From: Vicugna vicugna
Lineage: Eukaryota
Length of the DNA stretch: 64,000 bases
Assembly (NCBI GenBank): GCA_013265495.1
Contig: MU057555.1
Span: 74,992-138,991, forward strand
Reading direction: 5' to 3'
Below the pieces are notes generated by a model. The model saw only the letters and a list, made by a program, of their open reading frames with translations. It was not told the DNA's origin and made no database searches. Numbering within the stretch: the stretch's first letter is position 1; each line of letters opens with the position of its first letter. This document shows positions 1-18,685 of this stretch, piece by piece. Made by a program: the position numbers and the translations under genes.

Positions 1-530
1 ACCCACCCACCCTTGGGGCGCCCCCCCACCCCAGCAAGCCAGCCTGGGCCAGCCCCGCTTCGGCCCCGGGAGATCCGTGCGCCCGACCAGCACCAGCATC
101 GCGGACCGCAAAGGCCGCCCGTCCCGTCAAACAAGTTTCTTCTTAGGCTAAGAAACGCAGTATATACGAGTATCTCTATATATAGTACTAATGGATTTGG
201 TGTGCTTCCCCCTTAGCGTCCCCTGTCCCTCCGCTCCTCTTCCTTCAGCCTGGTCTCCCCTTCTCTCTGCCCTCCACCCCCGTCTCTGCACTGAGATACA
301 TAAGAAACAAGGGTAGTTTACTGTCTGTTTTGTTTTCTGGGTTTTCAGTGTCCTAGCGGAATGCAAGTAGGCAGCCAGCCCGTACGTTCCCTCTCCGCCC
401 CACCCCACCCCGCCCCGCCCCCGTCACTGCGCTTCTGTTATACCATCTTTGCCTGACTCTCTCCGGCTTCTCCATTGAATGGCTAATGTGTATGTGAAAT
501 AAAGAAATAAAGAAAAACAAAAGCAAGAGC
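1..530 (+). other. NFIX: Terminal 3' UTR of NFIX with tandem poly(A) signals
   Basis: Non-coding sequence ending in two AATAAA hexamers (498-503, 506-511). Gene identity inferred from conserved synteny (NFIX lies tail-to-tail with LYL1); no NFIX coding sequence is in the window. Confidence 0.7.
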
Positions 531-1041
531 GCCTGAGCCTTCGCTAACGTGATCGTGCGGGACAGGGTTGGAATCGGTGGGATGGGGCCCCCTCGTGGAT
601 TCTGCGCCTCCCTCCACGCGCAAGGCGGGCAGCTGACACCGTCGAGAAGCGCGTATCTCTGAGTCTCCGGAAGGGGGCGCCGGTAAGAAAGGAGAAAGCT
701 CTCCCGCCCCTATCCACCTCCCTCGGTGACCCCAGCACGGAAAAACGAGGCACCACTTGGGTCCGATGACCGCTCTGACATGTTGGTTCCCGGACCTCGC
801 CCCCGGGAGGGGGACGCGGACGAGGCCACTTCCAGCGGGCAGTGGGTGATAAAAGGGTCTGCAGGACCCCTGGGGGCGACGGTCGCCCTTCCAGGCCCCG
901 GGGCCTTTTCCCCTGTAGGGGACGTCCTCAGTGGTCCCTCTTCGGGGGAGTTCGCTCCAGAGCAGGCGCTGCGCGTCTTTCACCCCCTCCTGGACGGCGC
1001 TGGGCTGAGTGACCCTCAGCTCAGACGCAACACCGTGGTGG

Positions 1042-2794
1042 TCACCGCACCTCTGGGCTCACGGCCGCTTGTTCCGTCTTGATGGGCCGGGCTGCCCCAC
1101 CGGGGCTGCTATCGGGGCCGGCCGGGGGCGCGGGCTGCGGGCGCACCACCGCCTCGGCCCTGCGACAAGGCCCGCGGCGGGCGCCGTCGTCCAAGCCTCG
1201 GTGCGCGGGCCTTTTGCGTGGCCCTGGAGGGGCGGAGCCTGCGGCCAGAGCGGCCGCCTGGTCTCGCAGCAGCCGCACCAGGAAGCCAATGTATTTCATG
1301 GCAAGGCGGAGCACCTCGTTCTTGCTCAGCTTCCGGTCGGGCGGATGCGTTGGTAGCAGCTTCCTGAGCTCGGCGAAGGCGCCATTCACATTCTGCTGCC
1401 GCCAGCGCTCGCGGCTGTTGGTGAACACGCGCCGGGCCACTTTCTGGGGCTGGTGCCCTACGGACAGGAGTGGCCAAGTTGGCACTACGGCCCAGGGAGT
1501 GCCCCGCCTGCCCTTACTTCAGGCTACCAGCACCCTCGTGGAGACGTCACCACCAGCAGTGGTCTGGGGCTCTCACCACCCAAGAAATCCACGTAGGATC
1601 CATGTGCAGCTCTCCTGCCACTTAGCAGCCCAGAACCCCACCCCCAAGCCGCCTAGACAAGGCCCATGACAGGCCCAAGCTGCAGATGACTTGGAGCCTC
1701 CTGCACTTCTATCCACACATTTATGTCAATGGCTGAGATTCCCTAGAGAAATGTCTCCTGTGGCTGCCAGTCTGGGTAGCTGTCCCTGTGGTCATTATTC
1801 TGTGTGTGCTCCCTGTGTGTTTCTCTCATTGTGACTGTGGTTCTGTTCATGTCTCAGGTGGCGGTATGAACTCCTGGTATATCTAAATGGCTATCGTGTG
1901 TGATCACTGCCATGTGGTTGTGGTTCTGTGGCTAATTCCTGCGTGGCCACGAACCTCAGTGACTGGAGTTGTGTATCCGTCTCCTGTGTGGTTGTGGTCC
2001 TGTGGCTACCTCGTGTGGCTGCGCATTTGAGTGGAGCTGTCATTTTATAGCCCCCATGCCATACTGTGTCTTGCCATGATTCTTTGTGGCTTGTTGGGTG
2101 GCTGTGGTTGTGTGGAACTGGCCATGGGTCTGTGGTTTTGTACATGGGTGTACCCTGAGTACTGAGCCCCAGTGCGGGTTGTCCTGTATACGTCTGTGTG
2201 CACTGGCAGCATCTCTCCCTGTGGAAGGCTGTGGGACAGATGTGGGCCCCAGCACATGGCTGTGCACACGCAAACCCATACTCACCCTCAGCCAGCTCCA
2301 GCTCACAGTGGCTTGGTCTCCGCTTCAGCCGGCTGCTAGGGAAGATGCTGAAAGGTCCTGCCGGCCCAATGTAGAGGCTGTAAGGGGTCGTGGGTCACTA
2401 ATGCCTTGTGAGTAAGGACCCTGGCCCCGGACTCCCCCCCCAGACCCCAGTCCCCCACTGACCTGTTGAGGAAGGGGTGAGGGTGGTAATGCAGGGTCAG
2501 GGGGGGTGGGGCGGTTCCCAGGGCGGAGAGTTGCAGCAGCGGGGGCCGCAGGGTGCTTAGTTCCGTGGTGGCCACAGCTGCCCCTGGGGGCCTGGTGTGG
2601 CCCAGGCTGATGACTGGCACACCAGGGGGCAGCCTGGGTGGTGAGGAATCTCCGTGGCCCATCTCCTCCACCTTTGGGGATCCAGGTGAGGCAGGCTTTG
2701 GAGGCGGGGCAGGCACTTGGCTGGAGGCACACACCATCTTGGCCTTTTCCGTCATGGTGGGGCCCACCTCTGCCTGGGCCTGGGGCGGGCACAT
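1042..2794 (-). CDS. LYL1: LYL1 bHLH transcription factor, 279 aa; coding exons 2794-2463, 2377-2286, 1457-1042
   Basis: Translation [17 protein letters not shown]...[24 protein letters not shown]...[52 protein letters not shown]...SPEVR*. GT-AG junctions with consistent phases; 840 nt total. Confidence 0.97.
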
Positions 2795-3754
2795 GGAACC
2801 CGAGGGAGTGCTTACCTGTGAGAGGAAGGAAGCCAGTGGAAAGGGGGGAATCAGATGCCACCCCCAACCCTTGGCCCAACAGAGCCCTCAGATGGGAGGG
2901 AGAGGGGGGCATGGCAGTTCGGTGGGCAAAGGTAGGTGGGGGTGGGCCCAGAAACTACCAGGACATGGAAGGGGGTCCAACACAGGGGCAGGAGGTGCCC
3001 ACTGAGGCAGTGGGCATCAGTGAGCTCAGCAGTGCTGCTTCTGAGCAGTTTGTGACCCAGGAGGGCCTTAGTCGCAGAGCCCTTGAGCAAATGTCCCTTC
3101 TTACAGAATCCTCTCTCACCTGGTGCCTGGAGGGAGGGGCAGAGAAGCCATGACGGACCTTGTGACCACAGAATGCCCCTATAACCCTCACATCTGATCC
3201 CAAGACCGTTCATTGACACCACGTGACCTTGGAATCCCTCCATGATTGACTGACTCTTCAGTGACCACCACCCCTAGTCTGACCATGTGGCCCTCAGCTG
3301 TGACCCTGAGGCTCTTCCCATTCTCCATGTCAGACCCTGAAAGGCCTCCATAATCATTCCAGTGACCACCATCCTCACTGAAAATGTCCCTCTTGCTAAC
3401 CCTGTGACCCCACTGCTGACACTATGACTCCAAATGCTGCCCCTACCGCCTAGCACATACAGTCGTGCTCCAGTCCTCCCTCTGGCTCTGATGTCCCCTC
3501 ATCGTCCCTACCCTGCCATTAGCATCCACCCTTTTGCACCCTGCTTAGACATCCCTGTTCACTCCAGGCCTTGTGGCCTGGAATGCTCCAGCAATGTCTG
3601 GGATTCCTGGCCCTTCTGCCCTGTCTTCCCTAAACTGGGGAAGCTGGGCCTGGCCTCTCTCTTAGGGGGCCCCCCAGATGAATGAAGGAAGGAACGCATG
3701 AATGAATGAAGGTGGGTCCAGGATCCCCCACTTTCAGGCTCACTCCACTCTTAC

Positions 3755-3990
3755 CCCAGCACTAGTCCGGCTGCTTGCTGATGGCCCTGGCTCTGTCCTT
3801 CAGGGCCAGGATGGGGTTCCGGATTCAGACAAGGCTCCACTGCCCCGCTCCAGCCTCTGTGCTCCGTGTGGCTGGCAGCCGGCCTCCCTGTCCGGGCCTC
3901 GGCATCGGGCCGCCCCTCTTCCCTGGCTCCCAAGGGCCACCGCGGCGGCGGCAACAGCGTAGGTCCCTCTAGGGAAAGTTAGCAGCTCCG
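3755..3990 (-). other. LYL1: Probable non-coding exon 1 of LYL1
   Basis: Strong donor GGG|GTAAGA at 3755/3754 on the minus strand, just downstream of the GATA/ETS promoter. The 5' end is approximate. Confidence 0.55.
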
Positions 3991-4014
3991 GGCCGCCCGC
4001 CCTCTCCCCGCCCC

Positions 4015-4145
4015 TGGCGGCCCGGTTTCCTCCCTCTCACCCCTGGCGCAGCGGCCGGAGGATGCTGGGCCAGCGCAGATAAGGGCCTGGCCGCCTGGCC
4101 GCGCCTGATAAGGAGCCGGGCTGACCCTGGAGGAAACCGGCGGGC
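4015..4145 (-). promoter_or_regulatory. LYL1: LYL1 promoter with two GATA and two ETS sites
   Basis: AGATAA 4077-4082, TGATAA 4106-4111, ETS cores ccggtttcctcc 4022-4033 and ggaggaaaccgg 4129-4140 in CpG-rich DNA. GATA/ETS control of LYL1 is established. Confidence 0.75.
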
Positions 4146-5902
4146 GGGGATCTCCGACCGTGGGCCTCACGGCCCCACCCCCAGCCAGCACAGGCAGGAC
4201 TGTCACCCCTCAGGGCCTCACCTTCCGTCTCCCCAGGCACTGGAGGATCCTGGCCCCAGGGCACACCCCTGGGAGTCAGGTGCCCAGCTGCATGCAGAGG
4301 GGAAACCGAGGCAGGGATGCAGTGGCCTGTCACTTGGATCTGTCTTCCAGCTTTGAATATCCCTTGCCTGGGTGTCCGTGCCGATGAGGGTGGACGAAAG
4401 CCCTTTCCGGCCCTGCTGGGGCCTCGTGACCCGGGGCCCCCTTCTCCTCCTCTCTTCACCCTGCCTGGTTCCTCTTTCTACAGAGTGCCTCCCCGCCTTT
4501 CTGCCAACCCCACCCTGGAGTGGGGCACCGGCTGAACGGCAGTTCTAACAGTCTGGCCTCGGGTGTCCAGCCTGGGCAGGTGTCTTGGGCCCCCAGTGTA
4601 CTATCCACACCACCTTTCCAGGTCCAGCAGGGTGAAAGGAAGTGCCACAGCTGGGAGATTTCCTAGGGTGTTAGAGCTGGCAAAACCTTCCAGTAGGTGC
4701 CCCCATTGGGTCCCGTCCCCACAATTCTGGGCTTCTATGTCACAGAATCACACGGCCTCAACCCAGAGGTCCCTGGCCCTCTGTGCGGGCCACTTCAGGG
4801 GGGACAGTGATAAAGGTGTTGGGTAAACATCCTGGAATGGTGGTAAAGCTCAAGATGCCGTGGGACCCCACAAAGGGAGGGGTGCCGGGTACAACTAGGT
4901 AAGCAGTGACAAAACTGTTCCTTATTCCAGCACCCTCCCACCTGGGTCAGTCATGCTTTGCCCAGTGAGTACCAGGGTGATTGCTGAAGCCCCCAGGCAG
5001 GTCCTCAGCTGCCACCTAGCACCAAGCTATCACAACCCTCTCATGAATCAAGTGAAGCCCAGTATCCCACAAGCAACCAACCTATTGTCCTAAGAGTACA
5101 GTTCTAAGCACATGAGTTAACTCTGGTATCCCTACAAAGTGAGGGTTCTGGAATTAGGTTCATTTTACAAATGGGGATGAAGCAAGGTGAAGGATGGCTT
5201 TGCAGGGTTCTATAGCTACCACGTGGCAGGATGGGGATTCGGCCCCAGGCCTCTCCTTTAACGTTGCCAACCCCCTGCACTGGGGTGGGGGAGCGGGGAG
5301 CGGTTCTGCAGCAGCCTGCCGGGTGCCTCAGTGCGCAAGCCCAAGGGGCCGCAGGGCAGGAAGCACCTGGTCTGGAGCGGATGCACAAGGCGCCTGGTTC
5401 CGGTCCAGCTTCCGCCACCGGGGCCCTGGGGGGAGCTGGGCCAGAGAAACCAGGCGGAGAGGAGGCGGCGGCGCTAGTCCACATGGGGGCGCAGCAGCCG
5501 CCTGCACGCGTGCCTGCGTCGACGCGGGGAGGGCTGGGGGTGGGAGGAAGGGAAAGGGGGTAAAGGCCTCCGCGGGCGTGAGCGCACGGCTGCCGCCCAG
5601 TGGCCGCCTCAGAAACCGCAGGCGCCATCAACGAGGCGGCTAAGTGCCTGGAGCAGCAGAGGTAGACCATCTTGCCCACCCCCCAACCCCCACGCAATAC
5701 AGACAGAACACCTCATTCAGGCAGGGACAGACCAACCCCATATTCCCAGAGCGCCCCAAGGGAGTTAAAACAGATGCACAGAGGAACAGACCCTAGACAA
5801 GCAGCTGAAGAGATGGACAAGAGACCCTCAGGCAGATGGACAGACAGACCACAGGCAGCCTCCCCATTCAGACAAATGACAGTCAGCGAAAGGTGGTGAG
5901 TC

Positions 5903-5908
5903 TTTATT
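5903..5908 (-). terminator. TRMT1: TRMT1 poly(A) signal
   Basis: tttatt on + (AATAAA on -), 3 nt after the TGA stop at 5914-5912. Confidence 0.8.
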
Positions 5909-5911
5909 GGC

Positions 5912-12435
<6,524 letters not shown>

Positions 12436-12685
12436 TCACGGGCACCTCTGCCCGCCAAGCCTGGTTCGGAGGGCAGGGGAGGGGATAAGGGAAGGATCAG
12501 AGAGCTGCTTTCCCCGGCCGGGTGGCCTACACATCTGTAAAAAGTAGGAATTTAGGAGATCCTTTGGCCTCGGCAAACTGACATCACCCTAGGTCTTTGG
12601 AAGACTGCCCTTGCGAAGCCGGAAGCCCTCGAATGGGCCCGCCCCGGGTCCAGATCTCTCCCCGCGCCGCCTAGGCCTGCCTCAC

Positions 12686-12830
12686 CTTCTCCCGTGGCAC
12701 CGAGAACAGAATTAATCTCGGTGCACGTTTCCCGGATTAGGATCTGGGCGCCGCCATGTTGGCACAGTGGGAGGGCAGATCACGTGACAAAACTTAGTCA
12801 ATCAGCGATGCTACCTACAGTGGGCGGCTG
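12686..12830 (-). promoter_or_regulatory. TRMT1: TRMT1 non-coding exon 1 and promoter (YY1-like, E-box, GC box)
   Basis: Donor AAG|GTGAG at 12686/12685; aacATGGCGGC YY1-like motif near 12748-12760; TCACGTGAC 12780-12788; GGGCGG near 12822. Confidence 0.65.
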
Positions 12831-13581
12831 GGATCAAAATGTATGAAAGCCCTGAACGTGTTGTGTGGTGGCCTTAATCACTGCGGCTCCCCTGGGAGGG
12901 GACACGTCACTAGCCCCATTTCACGGATGAGGAAGGTGAGACTCAAAAAAGGGGCGGTAAGCGGAGAAATCCAACACCTATCGATCGTTTCCTGTGTGCC
13001 GGGTTCTGTAAACATTATTCAGGGCACCCTGCAGGAACAACTCAGGCTCTGAAGTCAGAATTACTGAGTTTGAATCCCAGCCCTACCACATGCTCTTGGA
13101 AAGTTACTTAAGCGTCTGGGCCTCATTTTCCTTACCTGTTAAATAAGAATCTTAGCTTCCAAGATAGAGCAAAGATTAAATGACAGAATGCCTGGCAAAT
13201 GTGCAAAGTAGGCCCACTCATATAGTAAATCCTCAGTAGGTTCTAACTGGCGTGGAAAAGGGGAGCATGGTGGTCTGTACTGCCTGGGTTCCAGCTCGCC
13301 TTGCTACTTGTTCTTAACGGAGCTCTCTGCTGACGTTTCCCCATTTGCAAAATGGGCAAAACTTTTTAACGTTCGTTATTGGGATGTGATGAGAATTAAA
13401 CGAGTTGGTGCAGGTAAAATGCTTAAAATGGAATCTGGCATCGCATAAGCAACATAAACGTAGTAACTTATTGTCGCTTCTTGAGCCTGGGTTTGAATCC
13501 TGGCACCCACCACTTCTTTGCTGTGTGATCTTGAGCAGGTTTCTTCATCTGTCTGTGCCTCTCGTTCTTATTTTCTATAAA

Positions 13582-13585
<4 letters not shown>

Positions 13586-13623
<38 letters not shown>
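13586..13623. repeat. (GT)n microsatellite, about 19 units
   Basis: Direct reading. Confidence 0.95.
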
Positions 13624-13629
<6 letters not shown>

Positions 13630-14259
13630 ATTCCTACTGTCGACTGAAATAAATGCGCAGCCTAGAAGTTTAGAGTTGTTTTATTTGGCGGGAGGACTCT
13701 AGACGGGATGACAGCCTCTCAGATCGCTCTGAGGGACTGCTCCCAAGAGGTAGGGGAGGAGCTAGGATATCTTGGAGCTTTACAACAAAGACCAGGTAGT
13801 TGGAACAATAAAAGATTACTTGTTGTCTAAAGAAAGCCACGCATCTCAAGTTAAAAAATTTAGTGCTTTTATATGAATGGGAGGAAGCAAACATTTGGGC
13901 TCACTGAATTCATTCCTTTGACAAGCACCTAGCTATCTAGGGCCAGTATCCTGTCCTTTCTTATTCTGAGTCCGCTCAGAGGGCACCATTGTGAGTGGCT
14001 GCAGAGGCCAGGCTGTAGGCCCGACCCCACTGGGGGATGGCGGCAGCCGCTGATGACTTGGTTTCAGCATTCTTTGTTTACTGACATGGTTGCAGTATTT
14101 TCCTTCACACTACCTAAAGGTGTTACTGTGAAGTTTAAACCAGATAATCCGGTAAACAACCTTAACCAGTGCCTAGCATAAACAGGAGACATTATTTTTG
14201 CGTTTCTACAGGAAATTAAAGTTACGAAAGGCAGAGCGACTTGCTTCAGATCTCGAAAC

Positions 14260-15220
14260 TAGAAGTTGGCGGGATTGGGATTCGAACTTTCCAGCAGAGT
14301 CGAGGTCCCGGCTGGGAGTTCGAGGGGCGGAGGGAGAAGAGGGAAGAAGGCGCGCGCTCGGCGCTCGGCTGGCCTAGCCTCGGGGGCGGGCACCTGGGGC
14401 GGTGCGTGGGTGGGGCCACGGCCGCTCCTCCTCCGGCCTGATGGCGGCGGCGGCCGCGCGCCTTGCGCTCGCTCGGCGCTCGGCTGGGGCGGCCTGGCCC
14501 ACAATGAATGGCCGCCGCGGCTGCCGCTGCTGCTGAGGCGGAGGCCGCGGAGGCCGCGGAGGCGGAGGCCGAGGCCCCGGCGCAGGGGGGCGCGCCCCGG
14601 GCCCAGGCCCGGCCTCAGCCGCCGCTGCGGAGCCCGCCGGGAGCCCCCGGAGCGCGGCCACGGCGCAGGTGAGGCGGCCCACCCCAGGCCAGGTTCCGGC
14701 CTCGTCTCACCGGGGCGGCCGGAGGGCATCCGAGGTCCGGCTAAGGGCTGAAGGGGGAGGACATAGGGGCCGCCTCCGACCGGGGAGGAACCTGGCCGGC
14801 AGCATGCTCTGTGCCCCGGCCGGCGAGTGCGAGGAGTCCCGGCCCCCGCGAGCGGCCTTGAGCGTTGGGCCCCGGGCCGGGCCGCGGGGCTTTGGGACGT
14901 CGGGATTGGGCCCAGACCTCCTCCTCTCATTCCCGGCGAGACGCGCGCGAGGCCGGGCCGGGGCAGGTGCCGGGGCCCCGGAAAGTTGGAGGAAGGGCCC
15001 GGGGAGGAAAAGTGAGGAGGCGCCCGGGGAGGCCGGAGGGGGAGGGAGAGGAGGAGTCGGGCTTTGGGCCGGCCGAAGGGGGGAGGAGGGGAGAGCGGCG
15101 CGGCCGGAGGGAAATGGCCCCGAGGGGGGGAGGGTGGGGAGGGGCCGGGCTTGCAGGTACTGTCGGGGCGCTGGAGGAGGTGGGTCAGGTTACAGGCCTA
15201 GGGGCGGCTGAGGAGAAGCC
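14260..15220 (+). promoter_or_regulatory. NACC1: NACC1 CpG-island promoter with exon 1 (about 14500-14668)
   Basis: Very CpG-rich with multiple GC boxes; donor CAG|GTGAGG at 14668/14669; divergent from TRMT1. Confidence 0.8.
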
Positions 15221-18200
15221 CAGGAAGTGGGGCAGGGTGGGTGTGGGCGGAGTTAGTTTGGGTGGGGGCGGTTAGGAGATCCCGGAGACGTTTGCAGGGG
15301 TCACCTGAGGTTCGGGCTCCGAGAGACTGGGGAAGGAGGGCCAGATACGGGGGCTATCAGGTTGGTTGAGGAACTACTGCAGGAGCTTTGGGTAAAGGGG
15401 GAGGCAAAGCCTTTGGGCTGGGTCGAGTAGTGGGGATGTGGGAGCAGGTCCGGAGAAACTAGTGTGCTCAAAATGTTCATGCCAAGATGCGCCTGCCTTC
15501 CCTGGCTAGGTGTTAGCTTGGGGGCCAAACCTGAGGGGTTTCCCCTTTTCCAGACTTCATCCCTGCCTTTCAGACTCTGGGTCCTCACCTACCCTTTGGG
15601 CAAGCATCTGCTGGCTGTTCCAAGGTGCTTGCCAGCCAGGTGGGTGTTTGTGTGGGCAGCTTGGGAAATAGTCTGAAACACCTAGCTCTGGCATCTTGTT
15701 TACCACCCGGTTGCCCATTCCCACCCCATATATCTGCGGGGAGGCAGCCCAGCCCCCGTTATCTGAGTATCTTAGGGTCCTAGATTCTTTCCCCATTTTT
15801 TGTGACCAGAGCCTTGAGGCTGAAGCCTAGAGGTTGGGACCTCACAGCTTTTCAGGCACCAGCTCTCCGGAGGTGAGTTACTGGGAGGTGAGCATATAAA
15901 GCTCTGTTCACCGTGTCTTGGAGGCTCCTGATGGGGTGAAGGCAGGTCACCAAGAAGGGGATCAAACCAAGAAAATACACCCTGACCCAGGCCTTTGGTG
16001 CTACCAGTCCCAGGACTCTGCCTCTGGGGGTCTCTTCCTGGGCCAGGCCCTGTGCTGAGCTTGCTGGTCAGATGAGCTCATTGATTGCTCACCACCACCA
16101 GGTCAGCTTAGGCCTTCTCCATGGTACAGCAGAGGAAGCCGAGGCTCTGGGTGGCCTGCTCTAGGTAACACAACTAGATAGTGGCAGCCTGGGATTGACT
16201 GACCCTCAGCCCCAACCCACGGCCCCCCTGAGCTGGCCTTTGAGGGGCGTGACTGGAAGAGTGCCCCACTGTTCTGGATTCCCTGGTGGGAATTCTCTGC
16301 CCAGGACTTTCCTCTTGCCCATCCGAAGGGGGAGGTCAGTACCCTTGTGAATAGAGTTCCCCTGGTGTCCCAGGTAGCCACATCAATGGAAGCTCCTTTC
16401 CCAGAAGTCAGGTCATCCCCTGTTCTCTTTTTGGGAGCTAGGGGGACAGGATCACGGAGCTGTCGGCTGGCAGAGGGAAGTGGTTATGAGGATGGGACCT
16501 GGCTCTGAAGCTGGATTTTGCTTTTTTTCCTGGTTTGTATTTTCCTCACTTTGGTCCCTGGTCAGGCCACCCCTGCTCTTGTTCCTTCTCTCTGGGCTAA
16601 TTGCAAGGCTGTTACCAGCGTGTCCTGGGAATGTTAACTTGGGATCCTCAGCACTTGAGACAGGAGCCACAAACTGCTGGGTTGAGTGGTATCAGCCAGA
16701 TCTGGATTTAATGATGGGTTGTCACCTCCTTCCTCTCCTCTCCCCAGACTCCCCATAGTTCCTAGAACTGTCCCCACCTGGGCTAGGCCCCCCTCCCCTC
16801 TTTGGCTGGCCTCCGGGTTCAGGGAGGGATAGAAACTGGGCCAGCAGCCCCATGTAAAGAAGCCTTCCCCCTGCCTGGCTGGGTGCTCAGAAGAGGGCCT
16901 CAGTGGGGCTCTGGGCTGGGTACTGAGGCCAGGGGTGGCCATCTATAGTCATACAGCTGGAACGGGGGCAGAGACTGGTGGGAGTTGGCTGCTGTGTCGG
17001 ATGGCAGAGAAGGGGGTGCTGGGTCCGAGCTTGTGCCTGGAGCTGGAGAAAGCACTCTTAATGATTGCTTTTCTGTGAGGATTTCGGGTGCGCAGACCCA
17101 GGGCACTGGAGGAGGCCAAAAGAGCCTGGCAGGCAACAGCAACAAGTAAAGGGACCCTTGGGATGGTTTTATTTCACGTGGGTGCCAACTCCCTACTGTG
17201 GCCTGAGGAGCAGCCCTGAATACCAGACCCTAGAGCTGCTCTCAGCAACTTGTATTCTAGTGAATGTGACCGACCTCAGACAAACAAACGATCACGATCA
17301 TCTCTGATACCCTTACGTTCATGAACGTGAACGTAGTAAAACAAGGTGAAGCCATAGTGCTGGGGTGGGTGGAGTGCTTTTGATTGGGTGGTCAGGGAAG
17401 GCTTCCAGGCGAGCTGAGCTCTGAATAATAAGAAATCAGCCAGCTGGGGGGAGCTGGGGCAGGGAGGGGCGAATGTTCTAGGCAGACAGGACAGCACATT
17501 GAAAGCCTTTATTGAGCATGTGCCAAGCTCCTGCTAAGTGCTCTAAACATCTTGTCTTCATGAGGGAAAGAGTGAAGGATGATCCTAGTGTGGAGACAGA
17601 GACACCTAGTGCCTGATCTCAGGGTCTCCTGGACCCTTCATCATCCCCAGATGTAAGTCCAGACCTCTTGGCGTGCATTCTGGGCCTTTGAAAAAAAAAA
17701 AAATCTGGTGCCCCAGCCAGGCAGTGGGGCGCCCCAACGGTTCTTCATCAGGGCTGGGAGCAGATGAGTTTTGATTGGTCTTGCAGGACCCATTGTTGAA
17801 GTCAGGAGGTTTGGAGAGGGTTGGGAGTTGGTGCAACAAGATCTGAACTCGTTCATCCGTGTCTTTGCCAGAGCCCACGATACAGGTGGCCTGCCAGGTT
17901 CAGGTAGGGCTTGCTGCCTTTGAGGCGATGGTGAGCTGGCCTTGAAGACATGGAGGTGGCATTTGCACCAGCCTCTGCTCCTTCTTTTGGGTCCTCCCTC
18001 CCTCTCGTCACCCTTGATCCCTTTCCTGGCTGCCAGGTTGCTCTGAGCACCTTCACACATTTTTGACTCATTTAAGCCCATACCTAGCACGAGCATGCGG
18101 GCCCACATCCCAGCCTCTGCTCCTGGGTCCCCGTGGCGGAAGGTATCATCCCTCTCTCTCCCCCGGAGAGCTTTCTGAGCCACAGAGGCTGTGAGGCGAG

Positions 18201-18496
18201 ACTAAGCCAGTGACTGTCATGTTGTGTCCAGTGTCTGGTTGTGGTCATTGCCCCATCTATCTTTTGCTGTCTCCTTGGTGAAGGTCTCTGCATCCTTAGA
18301 GACCCGAGGGTCCTTTGTGAGGATGGTGAGTGAATTAAGCAGAGGGTAGGTAAAGGGAGCAAGCATGGTGTAGTGCAGAGTCAGATTCCACGATTAGCAC
18401 CCACTTCTCAGCCATGAGACCCTGGGCAAAGGTTGTGAACTTTACACCTCAGTTTCCTCATCTGATAAGTTGGAACACGCAGGCGTACCTGCCCCA

Positions 18497-18685
18497 CAGT
18501 GGTTCTCAACTAGTAGTGATTCTGCCCCCCTCAGGGGACACTTGGAGACATTTTTGGTTGTCACAGCCAGGGCTGGGGAGTAGAGGCCAGGGATGCTGCT
18601 CAGTATCATATACTGTACAGAGCAGCCACCACCACAGAGGACCATCTGGCCCCAGTGGCAGCGGCACTGCAGTTGGGGCTCCCAG
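18497..18685. mobile_element. MER20 DNA transposon fossil
   Basis: cagtggttctcaac...gtgattctgcccccctcaggggacacttggagacatttttggttgtcac resembles the MER20 consensus. Confidence 0.75.

Noticed and set aside
1760..2270. TGTGG-rich stretch in LYL1 intron, and TGACC-rich stretch at 3150-3430
   Set aside because: Degenerate low-complexity DNA with no fixed period; not a repeat-spacer array.
14259..15275. Several long Arg/Gly/Pro-rich ORFs at the NACC1 promoter
   Set aside because: Stop-codon scarcity in a CpG island.
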